Of a stretch of DNA of 64,000 bases, positions 12,690 through 23,690 are shown in pieces. Under the pieces are notes generated by a model that was given only the letters and a program-made list of their open reading frames with translations, did no database searches and was not told where the DNA came from. The stretch is taken from NCBI GenBank assembly GCA_028534125.1, contig CM052830.1, forward strand, positions 23,932,001 through 23,996,000. Direction: 5' to 3'. The DNA comes from Lama glama. Lineage: Eukaryota. Every line of letters begins with the position of its first letter. The stretch's first letter is position 1. The position numbers and the translations under genes are program-made.

Positions 12690-13070
12690 ACAGCCTTAAA
12701 ACTTAAATGACCTCACAGCAATGAGCTAGGAAACTAGAAGAAATTTCCTAAATGATCAATAATAAAAAGCAAAATCAGGCTGACGGTATAAAGGGGGGCA
12801 GGGCTGTCCTTTTGCCCTCCCTGAGGGGAAGCCACACAGCTGCTGACGTGTGAAGAGAGGGCTGAAGGGCACGACAGGGAACGCTATCTTAGCGGCATGT
12901 CAGGCAGTTAACTATTAAACAGTGTGGATTTCCCCCCTGAATTGCCATGTTTGTGGTATTTATCAGCTTTCTAAGCTGAGATTTGTGATTGGTTGTAATT
13001 TCTCATCCTAAATAATGCCCACTCTCATACCTAACTTTATGTTTTGCATTTGGAGTTCTTTTTCTTAACG
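12690..13070. promoter_or_regulatory. Candidate conserved enhancer
   Basis: About 380-bp AT-rich non-repeat block with ATCAATA, GTTAACTATTAA, TGATTGG and RUNX-like TGTGGT. Confidence 0.4.
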
Positions 13071-13989
13071 AGGACCTCACGGAAGCAGGTCCTGCCCGAG
13101 CAGGGCAGCTGGGACCTGCTGGCAGGTGCGGGGTGGGAGCATCAGAAGGGTGGTCAAGGCCAACTTCAAGACTGTATTCTTCCAATGTTCACATACTAAA
13201 AAAAAAAAATCCCTTCCTGTATAGGATAATATAAACAAACGAGTTTTCAAATGCCCTCACTTGGCAAAGCGAAGAGCCTGCCCCTTTGCTGGCTTCCCGT
13301 TCTGTTTACACGCGGTGTGCCGCTGGTCAGCGACTGGGCAGGACTCCCCAGGGATGGGTCCTGCAGAAGCGCCCTTGGACGGGAGGGGCTGGGGCGAGGG
13401 CTGGTTCTAGGAGACCAGACTCAGCTGGGCCAGCCGAGCTGGAGGGGCCCGGAGCCTGGAGCTAGGACGGGCTAAGGACTGTTCCCCGAGGGCCGGCCCG
13501 CCTGCCTCTGTGGTCCCAGCCCTCACAGCCTCCGGCCTGACGCCGTGCCCAGCCGGCCTGAGCCCCAGTTTCACACCTGCGCCCCTCCAGGCCCCAAGCT
13601 GGCTGTGGTTCACACACTCCAGGGTTTTGTTGCTCACGCCGTCTCCCTGTTGCCAGATGCCTTTTGTGGCTTCTGGCATCTTTGCCCCCAACTTGTGGCC
13701 CCCACTTGTCCCCGGCCTCCCGTCACCCCAGGCCTCTCGCTGGCTGACGCTGATGCTTGGTACCACCTGGGCCAGGCCACTTGTGCCCCACGCGCCCTGA
13801 CAGGTGGGGCCACGCTGCAAAGGCATGAGAGCCCAGCCACGGCAAGCCACACGCGTGACGCCTGGGAGCCGCCCCTTCGCCGCATTATACCTGCAGCTGC
13901 CGCCCCTAATCAAGCTCTTTAATTTTGCTACAAATACCTGCGTGCCCCGCAGGCTGCACCGAGCCTCAACAAGGTGTTTGTCCGAGTTG

Positions 13990-14403
13990 GTTTTTTAGGA
14001 ACTTAGGGGCAGCTGTGTCCAGTTGGAGCCCGAACCTGTTTGGACTGATTAGGACCACCGACCCGCCAACTGCGCATGTGTGAGTGTCCGCTTGGTGACC
14101 TTTGCCATCAGAGGACCAAGAACTCCACCCTCAGCTCGTGCTCACCGCCGTCTTCTGAACGCGCACCCCGTGAATACATGGTGCCTGCACCGAACTCGGA
14201 TCGCCTCGTCTTTTGCTTATTTCCAATCACCGTTCCCCACGCCCCCCACGCCCCAGCCCGCCCTGCTCCTCAGCCCATAAATACCCCTCGCCTGCGGGGA
14301 GGCGGGACTGGGGTCTGCGCTTCTGTCTCCTCCGCAAGCCCTTCGCCTTTTAGCGTCTGGCCTGCGCTTTTAGGGCAAAGCAAACGAACTTAGTTTAGTG
14401 ATG
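13990..14403 (+). mobile_element. MER34/MER39-like ERV1 LTR (3' part)
   Basis: 'tgacctttgccatcagaggaccaagaactccaccctcagctcgtgct...ttccaatcaccgttccccacgcc...cataaatacccc...gggcaaagcaaacgaactt' matches recalled MER34-group LTR motifs. Confidence 0.7.
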
Positions 14404-14830
14404 CTCGAACCCCTTCCTCCACCCAGCAAGAGAGTCAACCTCAGGCCACCGGGGAAGACAAACTCCTCCTGTTTAAAATCTTTAGTTGCTCTTAATTCTT
14501 TCTTCCTCTCAGGCAGGTGGGCAGCTGCTAGACCACCCTGCTTCCTTGTCCAAAGAATGCCCCTCACCTTCAGCAGGACGGGTCTGGAATTCGCTCTTGT
14601 CTCCCCGCTTTTCTGCCTGTGCCCTAAAGCCTTTCTCTGCTCAACTCCGCCTTTCAGCATCTGGCCTGCACTTTTAGGGCAAAGCAAACGAACTTAGTTT
14701 AGTGATGCTCGAACCCCTTCCTCTACGCAGTAAGAGTCAACCTCAGGCCACCTGGGAAGACGAACTCCTCCTGTTTAAAATCTTTAGCTGCTCTCAGTTC
14801 TTTCTGCTTCTCGGGCAGGTGGGCGGCTGC
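14253..14830 (+). repeat. About 300-bp tandem duplication (LTR 3' end plus flank)
   Basis: 14341-14528 aligns to 14645-14830 at offset 302-304; a 53-bp perfect match at 14367-14419 = 14671-14723; the 5' halves are more diverged. Confidence 0.95.
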
Positions 14831-15669
14831 CCAAAGTGCCTGTTCACCTTCCCTGGAGCCATGGGGTCACCAGTGTGGGGCAGTGTGGAAGCTGCACGTC
14901 CTTGGCACAGGCCTTTGACCTCAGCAGAGCCAGCCCTCCACTTCAGTCGCGCCCTGTGCGGGAGGAAGCGAATTGGGGTTGAGCGGGATGGCAGACGCTT
15001 CCGCAGGGCTCGCTTCTGGGTCGGGCCATCCTGAGCACTGAAAGTAGCCTCCTTACCCCTCTCAACAACCCTGTGATGATCCCCAACTTAGAGGGAGCCA
15101 AAAACAGCCCCCGTTTGCTGAAAGTTGACTTCGCGCCATGCTCGGCACTGGGCTAACCTGAAGTCCGAGGTCGCAGGTGCCCGAGAAGTGCTGGGCTTCT
15201 GTCTCCCCAAGTCTGGGTCTGAGTCCTTCCAGGGTGAGAGGGTGGGTGGGAAATTCTACGGTGGTTATTCCTGTTACCCACCCTCCCCTGGCCCACTAGG
15301 GAACCTCGGTTTCCCGGTGCATCCGTGGTGCCCAGAACTGAGGCCAGGCCATGGTGGGCGTCCCCACGCTCTGTGCTGGGGGGGCTTCCGTGTTTTCTGC
15401 CTCTAAGCTCCATGGAGAGCACGGGTCACCGCCAGACAGGGAGCCCTGCCCAGGGCTGCACGCCTGGGGGTCTTGCCTCGGGGCTGGAGGGTGCTCACAA
15501 TTGGGGGCCCCCCAACTGCAACCTCACCCATGTGTGAGGCAACTCCACTGTTCCCTCTTACTGGTCTCAAAAGCAGCGTCCCCTCCTGCTGCCCCCGCAG
15601 AGCACCTGGTCAGATGGGGATGGACCCCCAGAGAACAGGCCGAATGAGCACCGTGATGCTCAGTGTTGC

Positions 15670-15830
15670 CACACGTGCACCAGCTCATCTAGCCCCACGG
15701 CAACCTCAGCTCCATTTTATAGATGGAGACGCTGAGGTTAAAAACTGTTAAATGACTTACCCCTGTTAAGTCTTAAGTTGTTAGTCCCAACTTAAGGATG
15801 GTGGGGAGCTGAACCCAGGTCTGTCTTAAT
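15670..15830 (-). mobile_element. MIR SINE
   Basis: 'tccattttatagatggagacgctgagg...gttaaatgacttaccc...tgaacccaggtctgtct'. Confidence 0.85.
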
Positions 15831-17859
15831 CATGCCTTCAGTCTAACACTGAAAACAGACCCCTAGAAGCTGGCTTCCCTCTCCTTCACCCCCCCCCCCA
15901 GAGATGCCTACGAGGCTCCCTACCAGCCCGGCAGAGCCATTTCCCGTCCCCCGTCCCACCCTGCTGCATGGCCTCCCTCCTCCCTTCAGGAAGAACGGCA
16001 TTAAAGGCTAGACTCTGCCAATTTCACTGAAGACGGGTCAGCTGGGTCCAGGCCTCAGACCTGCCCCGCTGGCACCTGCCCCGCTGGCTTCTGGGCGTGA
16101 GGGGTGCCCCGGGGGCTGGGGTTGTGCAGGCCGGTGCTCCAGGGAGGCTGTAAGAGGGCGCTGGGCCTGGAGCCAAGCTGGGGGGCAGGAAGCTGTTCCC
16201 CTGAGCTCCCAGACTGACTGCTTCTCCGAACTATAATCTCTTTGTGGTTAAAAAGCAGGGTTTTGAGGAGCCGGGCTGCTCTGAAGGGCTGGGTTGGTGG
16301 CAGCGAGCTCACCCCCCGGATTAAACAGATGGGCCGAGGGCACAGGCTGAGGCGCTGGGCCCCCTGGCCGTGGAGGGGGGCTGCCTGCCTTCCTGGCACC
16401 ACAGCTGAGCTCGGCCAGGATGCTCGTGGGGGCTGAGACACCTGTTTCACTTTAGAGGAAAAAAACCCAAAAAGCCGGAAGGAATGCAGCAATGTTAGAA
16501 GGAGGCTGGGCAGGACGGCCTCGGGGGTCCAGGAAGCTCCCAGCTCCCTCCCCAGTACCTGATTGCAGGAAGTCAGCTTATCTGAAGGTAGAAAGGGTTC
16601 CTTATGCGTGTGGGCTGCCGCAAGCTCTGGTCTGCAGTGAGGGCAGTTTGAGGCCTTGAATTTTACACCGTCGGGGTGAAAATCTTTAACCGGAAGAGGA
16701 GCAGAGGAACAGGCCCACAGAGAAGTGTCTCGTCTGTGTCCTTGAGGGTCTCTAACCGGGGAGGGGGTCGTAAATGAAAACAACGTAGGGGCTGCTGGAG
16801 GAACCAAGGAGTGGAGAGGATGTGGGGAGGGGGCCTTGAGCTCGAGGAAGGCGGAGACGAGGCCAGCAGCATGGAGGTGCCTGTCCTGTCGGCTCTGGGC
16901 CCTCAGGGAGGCCATGGCGTGAGGCCGGTGGCTGGAAGTGGGCTATTTGATCAGTGGAGGGCAAACAAATGCTGGTGGGCTCTGAAAATGGTGAAGCCCA
17001 GGCCTGTCCCTCCCCCTCACAGACACGGACCCCGGGGCCCTAGGAACGCGGCCTGCCCGGGGCCTGCGTGGGGAGAGGCAGGTGCAGGCAGGAGCTGGGG
17101 CTTCCCCAAGGTCTCGTGGGGCTGGCAGGGGGTGGGGGGCCTCCCTGCTTGCTTCCTTCCGGGGAGTGACTGGAGCCATCTTTTTCTACCTCAAGCCCCT
17201 TCTGTCCTCCTTGTCCCTGGCCGGGGGGTGGTTCTGGGTAAGGCACAGCAAAGTGAAGACACGCCATCAGCTAAACAAAGCAGCCAAGCGATGTTTGGCA
17301 GAGGTGAGGGTGGCTGGGGGCCCCCTGAACCTCGGGTGGCTGTGGGGCCTGCACCCCAGAGCCAGGAAGGCCGCTGTCACCACTCAGGGACCCAGTGGAG
17401 AGGGCGGGGAGGGGAAGCAAAGGCGTGCTGTCCCAGGGGTGGACAGTCAGAAACAGACCCGCCTCAAGGGGAGCTCAGCAGGTGACTGGGAACACCTCCC
17501 GTCACCAGGAGGGGATGCCCAGAGGCCAAGGGCCCCTGGTGGCTGAGCGTTGCTCATGGCCGCGCCCCTCGCGCACCGGGTGTGCCCTGTTGGGTTACAG
17601 AAAGGACAGCTGGCCACGGAGACACCTGCATCACACTTCCGTGATGTCAAGGTGGGGAAGGTTCCTTGACGGGGTCCAGAACCACACCCACAGAGGAGAA
17701 GGCTGACAAGGGCATCTGGTTACGAGTGAAGGGCTTCAGTAATGCCAACGCCAAACAGAAGCCACTGACTTAAAATGCTGACAAATTACCTTTTCTATGC
17801 GGAAAGCTTCAAGTCGCCCCTGAGGTTGAAGGAAAACCTGTGTCGGGCCCCCTGGGTTA

Positions 17860-18162
17860 GGGCAGGGCACCCTCGTCACTGGCCAAATCTGCCTGTCTCC
17901 TGTTTCTGTATCACCTCCGAGCTAAGGGCGATTTTTGTTTTTAAAATGGTTGAAAAAAATTAAAGAAAAATGGCATTTTGTGACCCCCGAAAATTACCCG
18001 AACTTGAAGTTGTCGTGTCCCTAAACTTCCTCGGAAGCAGACCCGTTCTTTTATGAATTGTCTGGCGCCTCTGCGACACGTTTCGTGTTCCGGCGCGCGT
18101 GCAGTCCCAGTGCAGGCCAAACACTCACTATCCGGCCCATCAGGGAGACATTCGACCTCCGA
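17860..18162. mobile_element. MER58B-like hAT-Charlie DNA transposon
   Basis: 'ggccaaatctgcctgtctcctgtttctgta...gagctaag...ttttaaaatggttgaaaaaaattaaaga...cactatccggccc' is collinear with the recalled MER58B consensus. Confidence 0.85.
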
Positions 18163-19494
18163 CAGACTCGGCAGTTAATGTCTTACTGCACGTGTTCTAT
18201 TACGTGTTCATCCAGCTACAAACATTGCGAACCAGACGCTAGCAGGAGGCCAACACGCGGCGCCGGCAGAGAAGCAGCGCCCGGACTTCTGTGAGGTGTG
18301 AGGGCCGGGGGTCAGGCGGGCGGCCGCTCTGCCCCGCCACCTGGGCGGCGCGTGCGTTTGGAGTCGCCTTGACAGGAAGACGGTCGCTGCTGGTGGCTCT
18401 TCGGGTCCTCCTGGCGGTGGACGGGGCTCGCTGGATGCTGTGAACGTGGAGAGTTCCCGTCGTGTGTAATTCTGTGCTGGAAGCTTACTTGACTCTGTGG
18501 ACTTCATGCTCCAAGGACCCGAGCCCACACAGCCGCTTTGTGCGCCCGGTGCCCAGCACAGTGGGCGCACCTGACCTCCGTCACCGTGTTACACGAATGA
18601 ATAACTGACTCCCAGGCAGGAGGGAGACACCAACCCCTTCTGGCCAGAGTAGTTATTGCCCTTGCTTGCCTGTGGCAGGATTCTCTGGACCAACCAGGGG
18701 AGACTGGAGGGGAGGGGAGGTGCCAACTAGCCTCCATCCTGGTGGGAGCTGCGCACACGGGGGCGCTGTGGGATGTGCCCCGCCCCCCGGGAGGGCAGGT
18801 AGTTCCCCCGAGTCACCATCACATCGGGAGGAGGGGCCGCGCCCCTCCTGCAGGCGTCACCTATACCATTTTGGCTTTCTAGGTGGCTTGTGAAAACAAG
18901 CTTCAAAATAGTTCCGTAAAAGGCAACGTGATTGCAAACAGGTGTCCCGAACGCATAACATGGTCTCCTGTTTCTGAGTAACTTTTTAAAAAAAAGAACA
19001 GAAGAGCCGTCGGTCTGGGGTGGCGAAAAGGGTCAGAGAAGCGGCGTAACTGGGTGATTCCCGAGAGGCTCGCAGGGCACCCGGCTCCAGGTGCCGGCCC
19101 CTCCGCCGCCTCTGTGACAGTGATCGCAGAGCTGCCTCCCCCCGGCGCCGAAAATTAACTGGGCGTCCCCTTGGGGGACGTCCTTTTGGCTACGTTTGTT
19201 TTCTTTTCCATTTTGGCGAGTCGGAGAGGCTGGGTGTGCTGCCCACTCGCCCAACAGCCCTTGACACGGGAGAGGAGCGTCCTCTCCGTTCGTGGATTCA
19301 CTTGCTCAGGAATCTCACGCTTGTGGCTGGTCCTGTGCGGGGGGGGGGGGTGGCTGAACCCGAGGGGCTCCTGATTGTCCAGGCGTAGCAATTCCACTCT
19401 CCTCGCCGATGTCTGGTTTGAAAACGATCCTGTAACTCACTTTGGGCTGATGAGGCGTGAGGGCACATCTTTTGAGCTTCTGGGAAAGAGCTCT

Positions 19495-19618
19495 GAAAAT
19501 GGACATGAGGGCTCTCTTTCAGGGTGGTGACAATGTTTTGGAACTGGACACTGGGCATTGTGAAGGTACTCAATGGCTTTGACTTGTGCACTTTTATGTG
19601 AATTTCATTTAAAAAAAA
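19495..19618 (+). mobile_element. L1MB/MC-like LINE-1 3' end
   Basis: 'gggtggtgacaatgttttggaactgga...cattgtgaaggtactcaatgg...ttgtgcacttttatgtgaatttca' followed by an A-tail. Confidence 0.8.
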
Positions 19619-19649
19619 GCAAATAATGGACACGAAAGAGGGTCCTCTG

Positions 19650-19850
19650 CCTTCCTGGTCTCTTCCTAATGCCACGTGAGGATGCCAGCCTGGAACCTCA
19701 GCAGCCATTTTGTGCCCATAGGGCCCCAGACTGGAGACAGACATCAGCGTGCCGAGGCCGGCAGGAGCAAAGGTGGAAAGAATTAGCCTTGAGTGCACAC
19801 AGGAGCTGTGAATTAGCGAACCCTGAGATACTCCTGTCCTTCAGAGTCTC
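19650..19850 (+). mobile_element. MLT1J/K-like LTR fragment
   Basis: 'cctggaacctcagcagccattttgtgcccat...ggagcaaaggtggaaagaa...gagctgtgaattag'. Confidence 0.55.
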
Positions 19851-19904
19851 TCAAACTTCTAACATGGTCATCCTTCTTCTGAAGATAAACACTAATCAAA
19901 TGCC

Positions 19905-20010
19905 TCATTTATATCAGCGATGGTCTGGAAACAAGCTAAATGTGCAACAGCAGGGGAGTGCTTAGGAAAGTGGGAAGTCCATTTGCAGGACTATCACGGA
20001 GCTGTTAGGC
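19905..20010 (+). mobile_element. L1ME-like fragment
   Basis: 'ctggaaacaagctaaatgtgcaacagcaggggagtgctta' L1 3' region motif. Confidence 0.6.
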
Positions 20011-20269
20011 GTTATGGGGTGACGTGAACTTCACGTAGAGGGGGCAACACTCCAAGCTGGGTGCACGCTGGTTGTGAGCTGCAGGACGACCACACGTACT
20101 AGAGGAGCCAGAGCCTGAGCCATGTCTGTGTGAGGATCCAGGCATCACCGAGCATCCAGGTCCTCTCATGGGGGTGGCGCCCAGGGGTGCACAGCGGGCG
20201 CTGGCATGCGGACCCCTCCTCGGAGCCCAGCTCAACGCCAGCCCGGCCAGCCTCGACGGTCTGCAGGCT

Positions 20270-20587
20270 CACCGCCGTGTGCTTCCCCGCAGCTCTGGAG
20301 GCTGAGAGGCTGCAGTCAAGGTGTCGGCAGGGTCGGCTTCCTCTGAGGTCACTTGACTTGCTCTTAGATGGCCGCCTGCCCCGTGTCCTCACCTGATCCT
20401 CCCTCTTTGGGCCTGTGGGTCCTCCTCTCCCTTCCTTATAAGGAACCCAGTCCCTTTGGTTAGCGCCCACTTCTTTTAAGTTACGTATCCCCATAAAGAC
20501 CCTACCTTCCCATACGGCCACATTTGGAGGTCCTGGGGTTAGGACTTGAACGTGTGATTTTAGGGGGACATGAGTCAGCCCATCACA
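20270..20587 (-). mobile_element. MLT1B/C/D-like MaLR LTR
   Basis: 'cagctctggaggctgagaggc...caaggtgtcggcagggtcggcttcctctgagg...tcctggggttaggactt...ggggacatgagtcagcccatcaca' (minus-strand start TGTGATGGGCTGA). Confidence 0.9.
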
Positions 20588-20989
20588 GAAGACTGGGATC
20601 AACACGAAGACGCCCCCCACCCCGTAGGTGGGAACCCAGTGCCCCCACTAAAGGGAAAGACAAGGGAAATCCAGACCAGCCAGGGCTGCCTGCGACGGGC
20701 ACACAGCCAGAGGACACCCCGACCCTCTGGCCTCCCGAGCACAGCCCTGTGGGGCCTGCCCCTCCCAGCCGCCAGCTCTCGGGCAGCCTCGAGGCTAATT
20801 GCTTGGCAAGGATGCCACCAGGGGAGAGTAAAGGCCTGGAGCCGGCTCTGGGCTGCAAGATAGGGCGTCTCCAGCCCAGAGCTTATCAGCACACGGCTGG
20901 GTCGGGATCCGGTAATTAGAACAACATGCCCAGAGCAGCACGGGCATCTGCCCGCCCGCTCACGCCCCCAGACGGCCGCCGGCTGGCAG

Positions 20990-21175
20990 CTTCAGAAAAA
21001 GAAGAAATTCCAGTAAGGGATTAATGACTTAATTATAAATGTGGCTTGGAAATGGAAAGGTTGCTAAGAGAAGGAAAAGATACATGCTAATAAGGACACG
21101 CTGTTAACAACGGAATAAAGACTCGTTGTTGGCGCCGCTGTAAACTTTTCCAAGTTGGGTAATAAAAACCACCCG
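20990..21175. promoter_or_regulatory. Candidate conserved enhancer
   Basis: AT-rich non-repeat block with GGATTAATGACTTAATTATAAA, ATGCTAAT and GTAATAAAA (CDX/posterior HOX-like). Confidence 0.45.
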
Positions 21176-21589
21176 GCCTTGGGAGGGCTGGCTGCCGCGG
21201 CAGCTAGCACGGCGTCCTCCCCACTGCTGGTCACGCTCCCTGCAGGCAGGGGTTTGCTGTACAATCGGCCAACAGGCCTCGAACCACCTAGGAAGTGCTG
21301 GGTCTGTGCCCATTTGTCAGAAGGGCACACCGAGGCTTGGGGCAGCCATCAGGTGTTGTCAGGCCCACGGGGTGAGTCTGACTCAGAGCATCTGAAGGCC
21401 CATCAATGGGAGAACCAGACAGAGCCAAAAGGAAGCAGGGATTCTGGGAGGGGACTTCAGCCATCGCAGGTCAAAGACACGGTCCTCCCACCCTCGAGGC
21501 TACAGATGTCGCCCCGAGCTCGGAGCACGGCGGCTGCGGTGGTGGCCTGTCACTCACCCACCGGAAGACTGTCGCTTGGAGTGGTTCCC

Positions 21590-21760
21590 TGTGTCAGGGG
21601 TTATCAGAGGTGCATTATCCACATGAAGTTCATCTTTACAAACCTCTTAGGGAGCATTACTGTCTCCCCGTGTCCCTGACAAAGAAACAGGCTCAGAGAG
21701 GCTGAGAAGTGTGCCCCAGGGCCCGGAGCTGCCGGGGCAGAGCCAGGACGCACAGCGTGG
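21590..21760 (-). mobile_element. MIR SINE
   Basis: 'tgacaaagaaacaggctcagagaggctgag...tgccccagg'. Confidence 0.7.
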
Positions 21761-22611
21761 GAGCAGAGGCCGAAAGGACCCCGGGCACCGAGCTGCTTTC
21801 CTGCTTAGACCAGAGGCTCCTGGAGGGCAGGGCCTGGCCCTCCTCACACACGTCTCAGACGCAGCGCTCCAACCTCAAACCCTGGAGAAGCTTCTGCAGG
21901 GCCTGGGTCACCAAGTCAAGCTTCTCTGTTAGCTGTGCCTGCGTGTCTGTCCCACTGCTTGCCCCGGAAGCGGCTTCCCAGAGTTTTCTAGAGGGCTCAA
22001 TGCTCTGGGCAGCCATCTGAGGGCTGATGGAATGTGGGGAGGAGGGGGCAGCTCATCCCACCTTCGCCTTCTCTCTTCTGCCCCCAGTGTAGGAATCCTG
22101 GAATTCAGTGGCGTGGAGCAGATCCTGGCAGGTGGTGTCGGGGTCCCGGGTCCCCGGGGACTGGGTGGATGGCCCTACGGGATGGCTGCGGGGCAGCCAG
22201 GCACTCTAGGGAGAGGGGAGGAAAGGTCCCCCCGAAGGAGATGGGAGGCAGAAGGTTCTCGGGCTCAGCCAGCCCGTCCCATGATGTGTGCCCTGTTCAC
22301 CTGGGGACCTAGTGCCTGGCACACAGTGGGTGATCAGCACGCACCAGTGGAATGTGCAGCGTGTCAGAAGAGCAGTCTTAAGGTTGCTCAAGCTCGGCAG
22401 TGCTTGACCCCCTTAGCAATGCTGGGATCCGCTGCCAGCTTGCACCCCTCCAAGGACAAAGCGCTCCCTCCATCCTGGGGCGGCCCGTGCACAGTGGTCA
22501 GAGACTCTTCACGTCCTGAGCTGGAGCCCACCCCTCTCACCACTGCGCCCGTGCCCTCAGAGCCACCAGAGCCAGTGTGCTGGATCCACAGGAGACAGCA
22601 GAGCCGCTTCC

Positions 22612-22690
22612 CTGAGCTGTGTGATCCTGCCACACTTCTGAGCCTCTCTGAGCCCCAGCTTCCTCATCTATGGAATGTGGAGAACACCTT
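22612..22690 (+). mobile_element. MIR fragment
   Basis: 'agctgtgtgatcct...agcctctctgagccccagcttcctcatctatggaatg'. Confidence 0.75.
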
Positions 22691-23099
22691 GCTGTCAAAG
22701 GTGGACACACTTACACACAGCCACCCGGCACCAGATGGACTGCCTCCTTCAGGTGCTCCAGTGCCCACCGGCTCCTCCCAGACCGAGCACCCAGTCCCCG
22801 CTTGTGAGTGGCCTGACTTGTCATGGTGCCCAGTGGACCCCCCATCTTGGCTCCTCTCGTCCCCGGCCAGGCCCGGGGCTCAGACTGACCCCAACACGGG
22901 GCATCTCTGGTCTACCCTGCTCCCCAAGGCCATGCCCGCCAGCCCTTCCGGCTGCCCCAGGAACTGCCACTGGGGGAAAGGGGGAGAGAATGAGGAAGGG
23001 ACGGGGCTTCTGGGGACACCCAGTGGGGGAGCACCCAAGAGGGAGGAAACGAGTGTGGGCCCAGCTGTGCTGGGGTGGAGCCCAGTCTCCGGTTCTGGT

Positions 23100-23172
23100 C
23101 AGCCTCCTCTGAGCCTCGGTTTCCCCGTCTGTAAAGTGGTGATAGCGCTTCATTTGCGGGTTGCTATGGAGA
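23100..23172 (+). mobile_element. MIR fragment
   Basis: 'ctctgagcctcggtttccccgtctgtaaagtggtgata'. Confidence 0.8.
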
Positions 23173-23554
23173 CCGTCTGCAGCGGTCCTGGCTGAACAGT
23201 GCTGTTTCCATTGTTAAGTGTGCGCCCAACTGCCGTGGCACCTGATTGAGGGGCCTGGGGCCTTTCTGCTTTGCTTTGTTTAGCTAGTATTTTTGAAGAG
23301 ACCTTTGGAACCCACAGGAGTCCTGGCCCCAAACCAGGCCTCAGGCAATGGGCGCTCAGGCCTCCCAGCTCCAAGGCCTGCAGGTCTGTCCCTCCGGGCC
23401 GTGGCCCCGGGCCAGCTCCAGCCCAAAGCGGGTCAGCCCTGCCATCAGCTGTCTCCCGGGAAAGGGGGGATTGGCAGGGGCAGAAGAAGGGGCGAGAGCA
23501 AAGGAAAGGCTGGGGGCGGGGGGGCGGCTCCTCTGAAACGGGGAACTGGCGAAG

Positions 23555-23690
23555 TCTCCCTCTGATTAGACCGGCTGCAGTTTTAATCAGCTTCCTCACC
23601 AAAGCCTGTTTGCATGTTTTCTATCATCCAGCCAACACGTTAATTAGGAGCTTAATACTGATAATGACTTTCACTTTGGGGACGTTAAGA
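23555..23690. promoter_or_regulatory. Candidate conserved enhancer
   Basis: Inverted CTGATTA...TAATCAG pair (23562-23590), TTTGCAT and TTAATTAG. Confidence 0.45.

Noticed and set aside
14341-14830. Repeat-spacer-repeat pattern (CRISPR-like, or paired LTRs of a provirus)
   Set aside because: Mammalian DNA with only two long copies; both include the same downstream flank, so it is a tandem duplication.
16059-16088. 15-bp tandem duplication; also short repeats at 31277-31308, 47414-47432 and 50150-50178
   Set aside because: Ordinary slippage products.
22032-23195. Longest ORF (387 aa, + strand)
   Set aside because: Pro/Gly/Ser-rich with no recognisable domain, and it runs through L2 and MIR relics; expected in GC-rich, stop-poor DNA.
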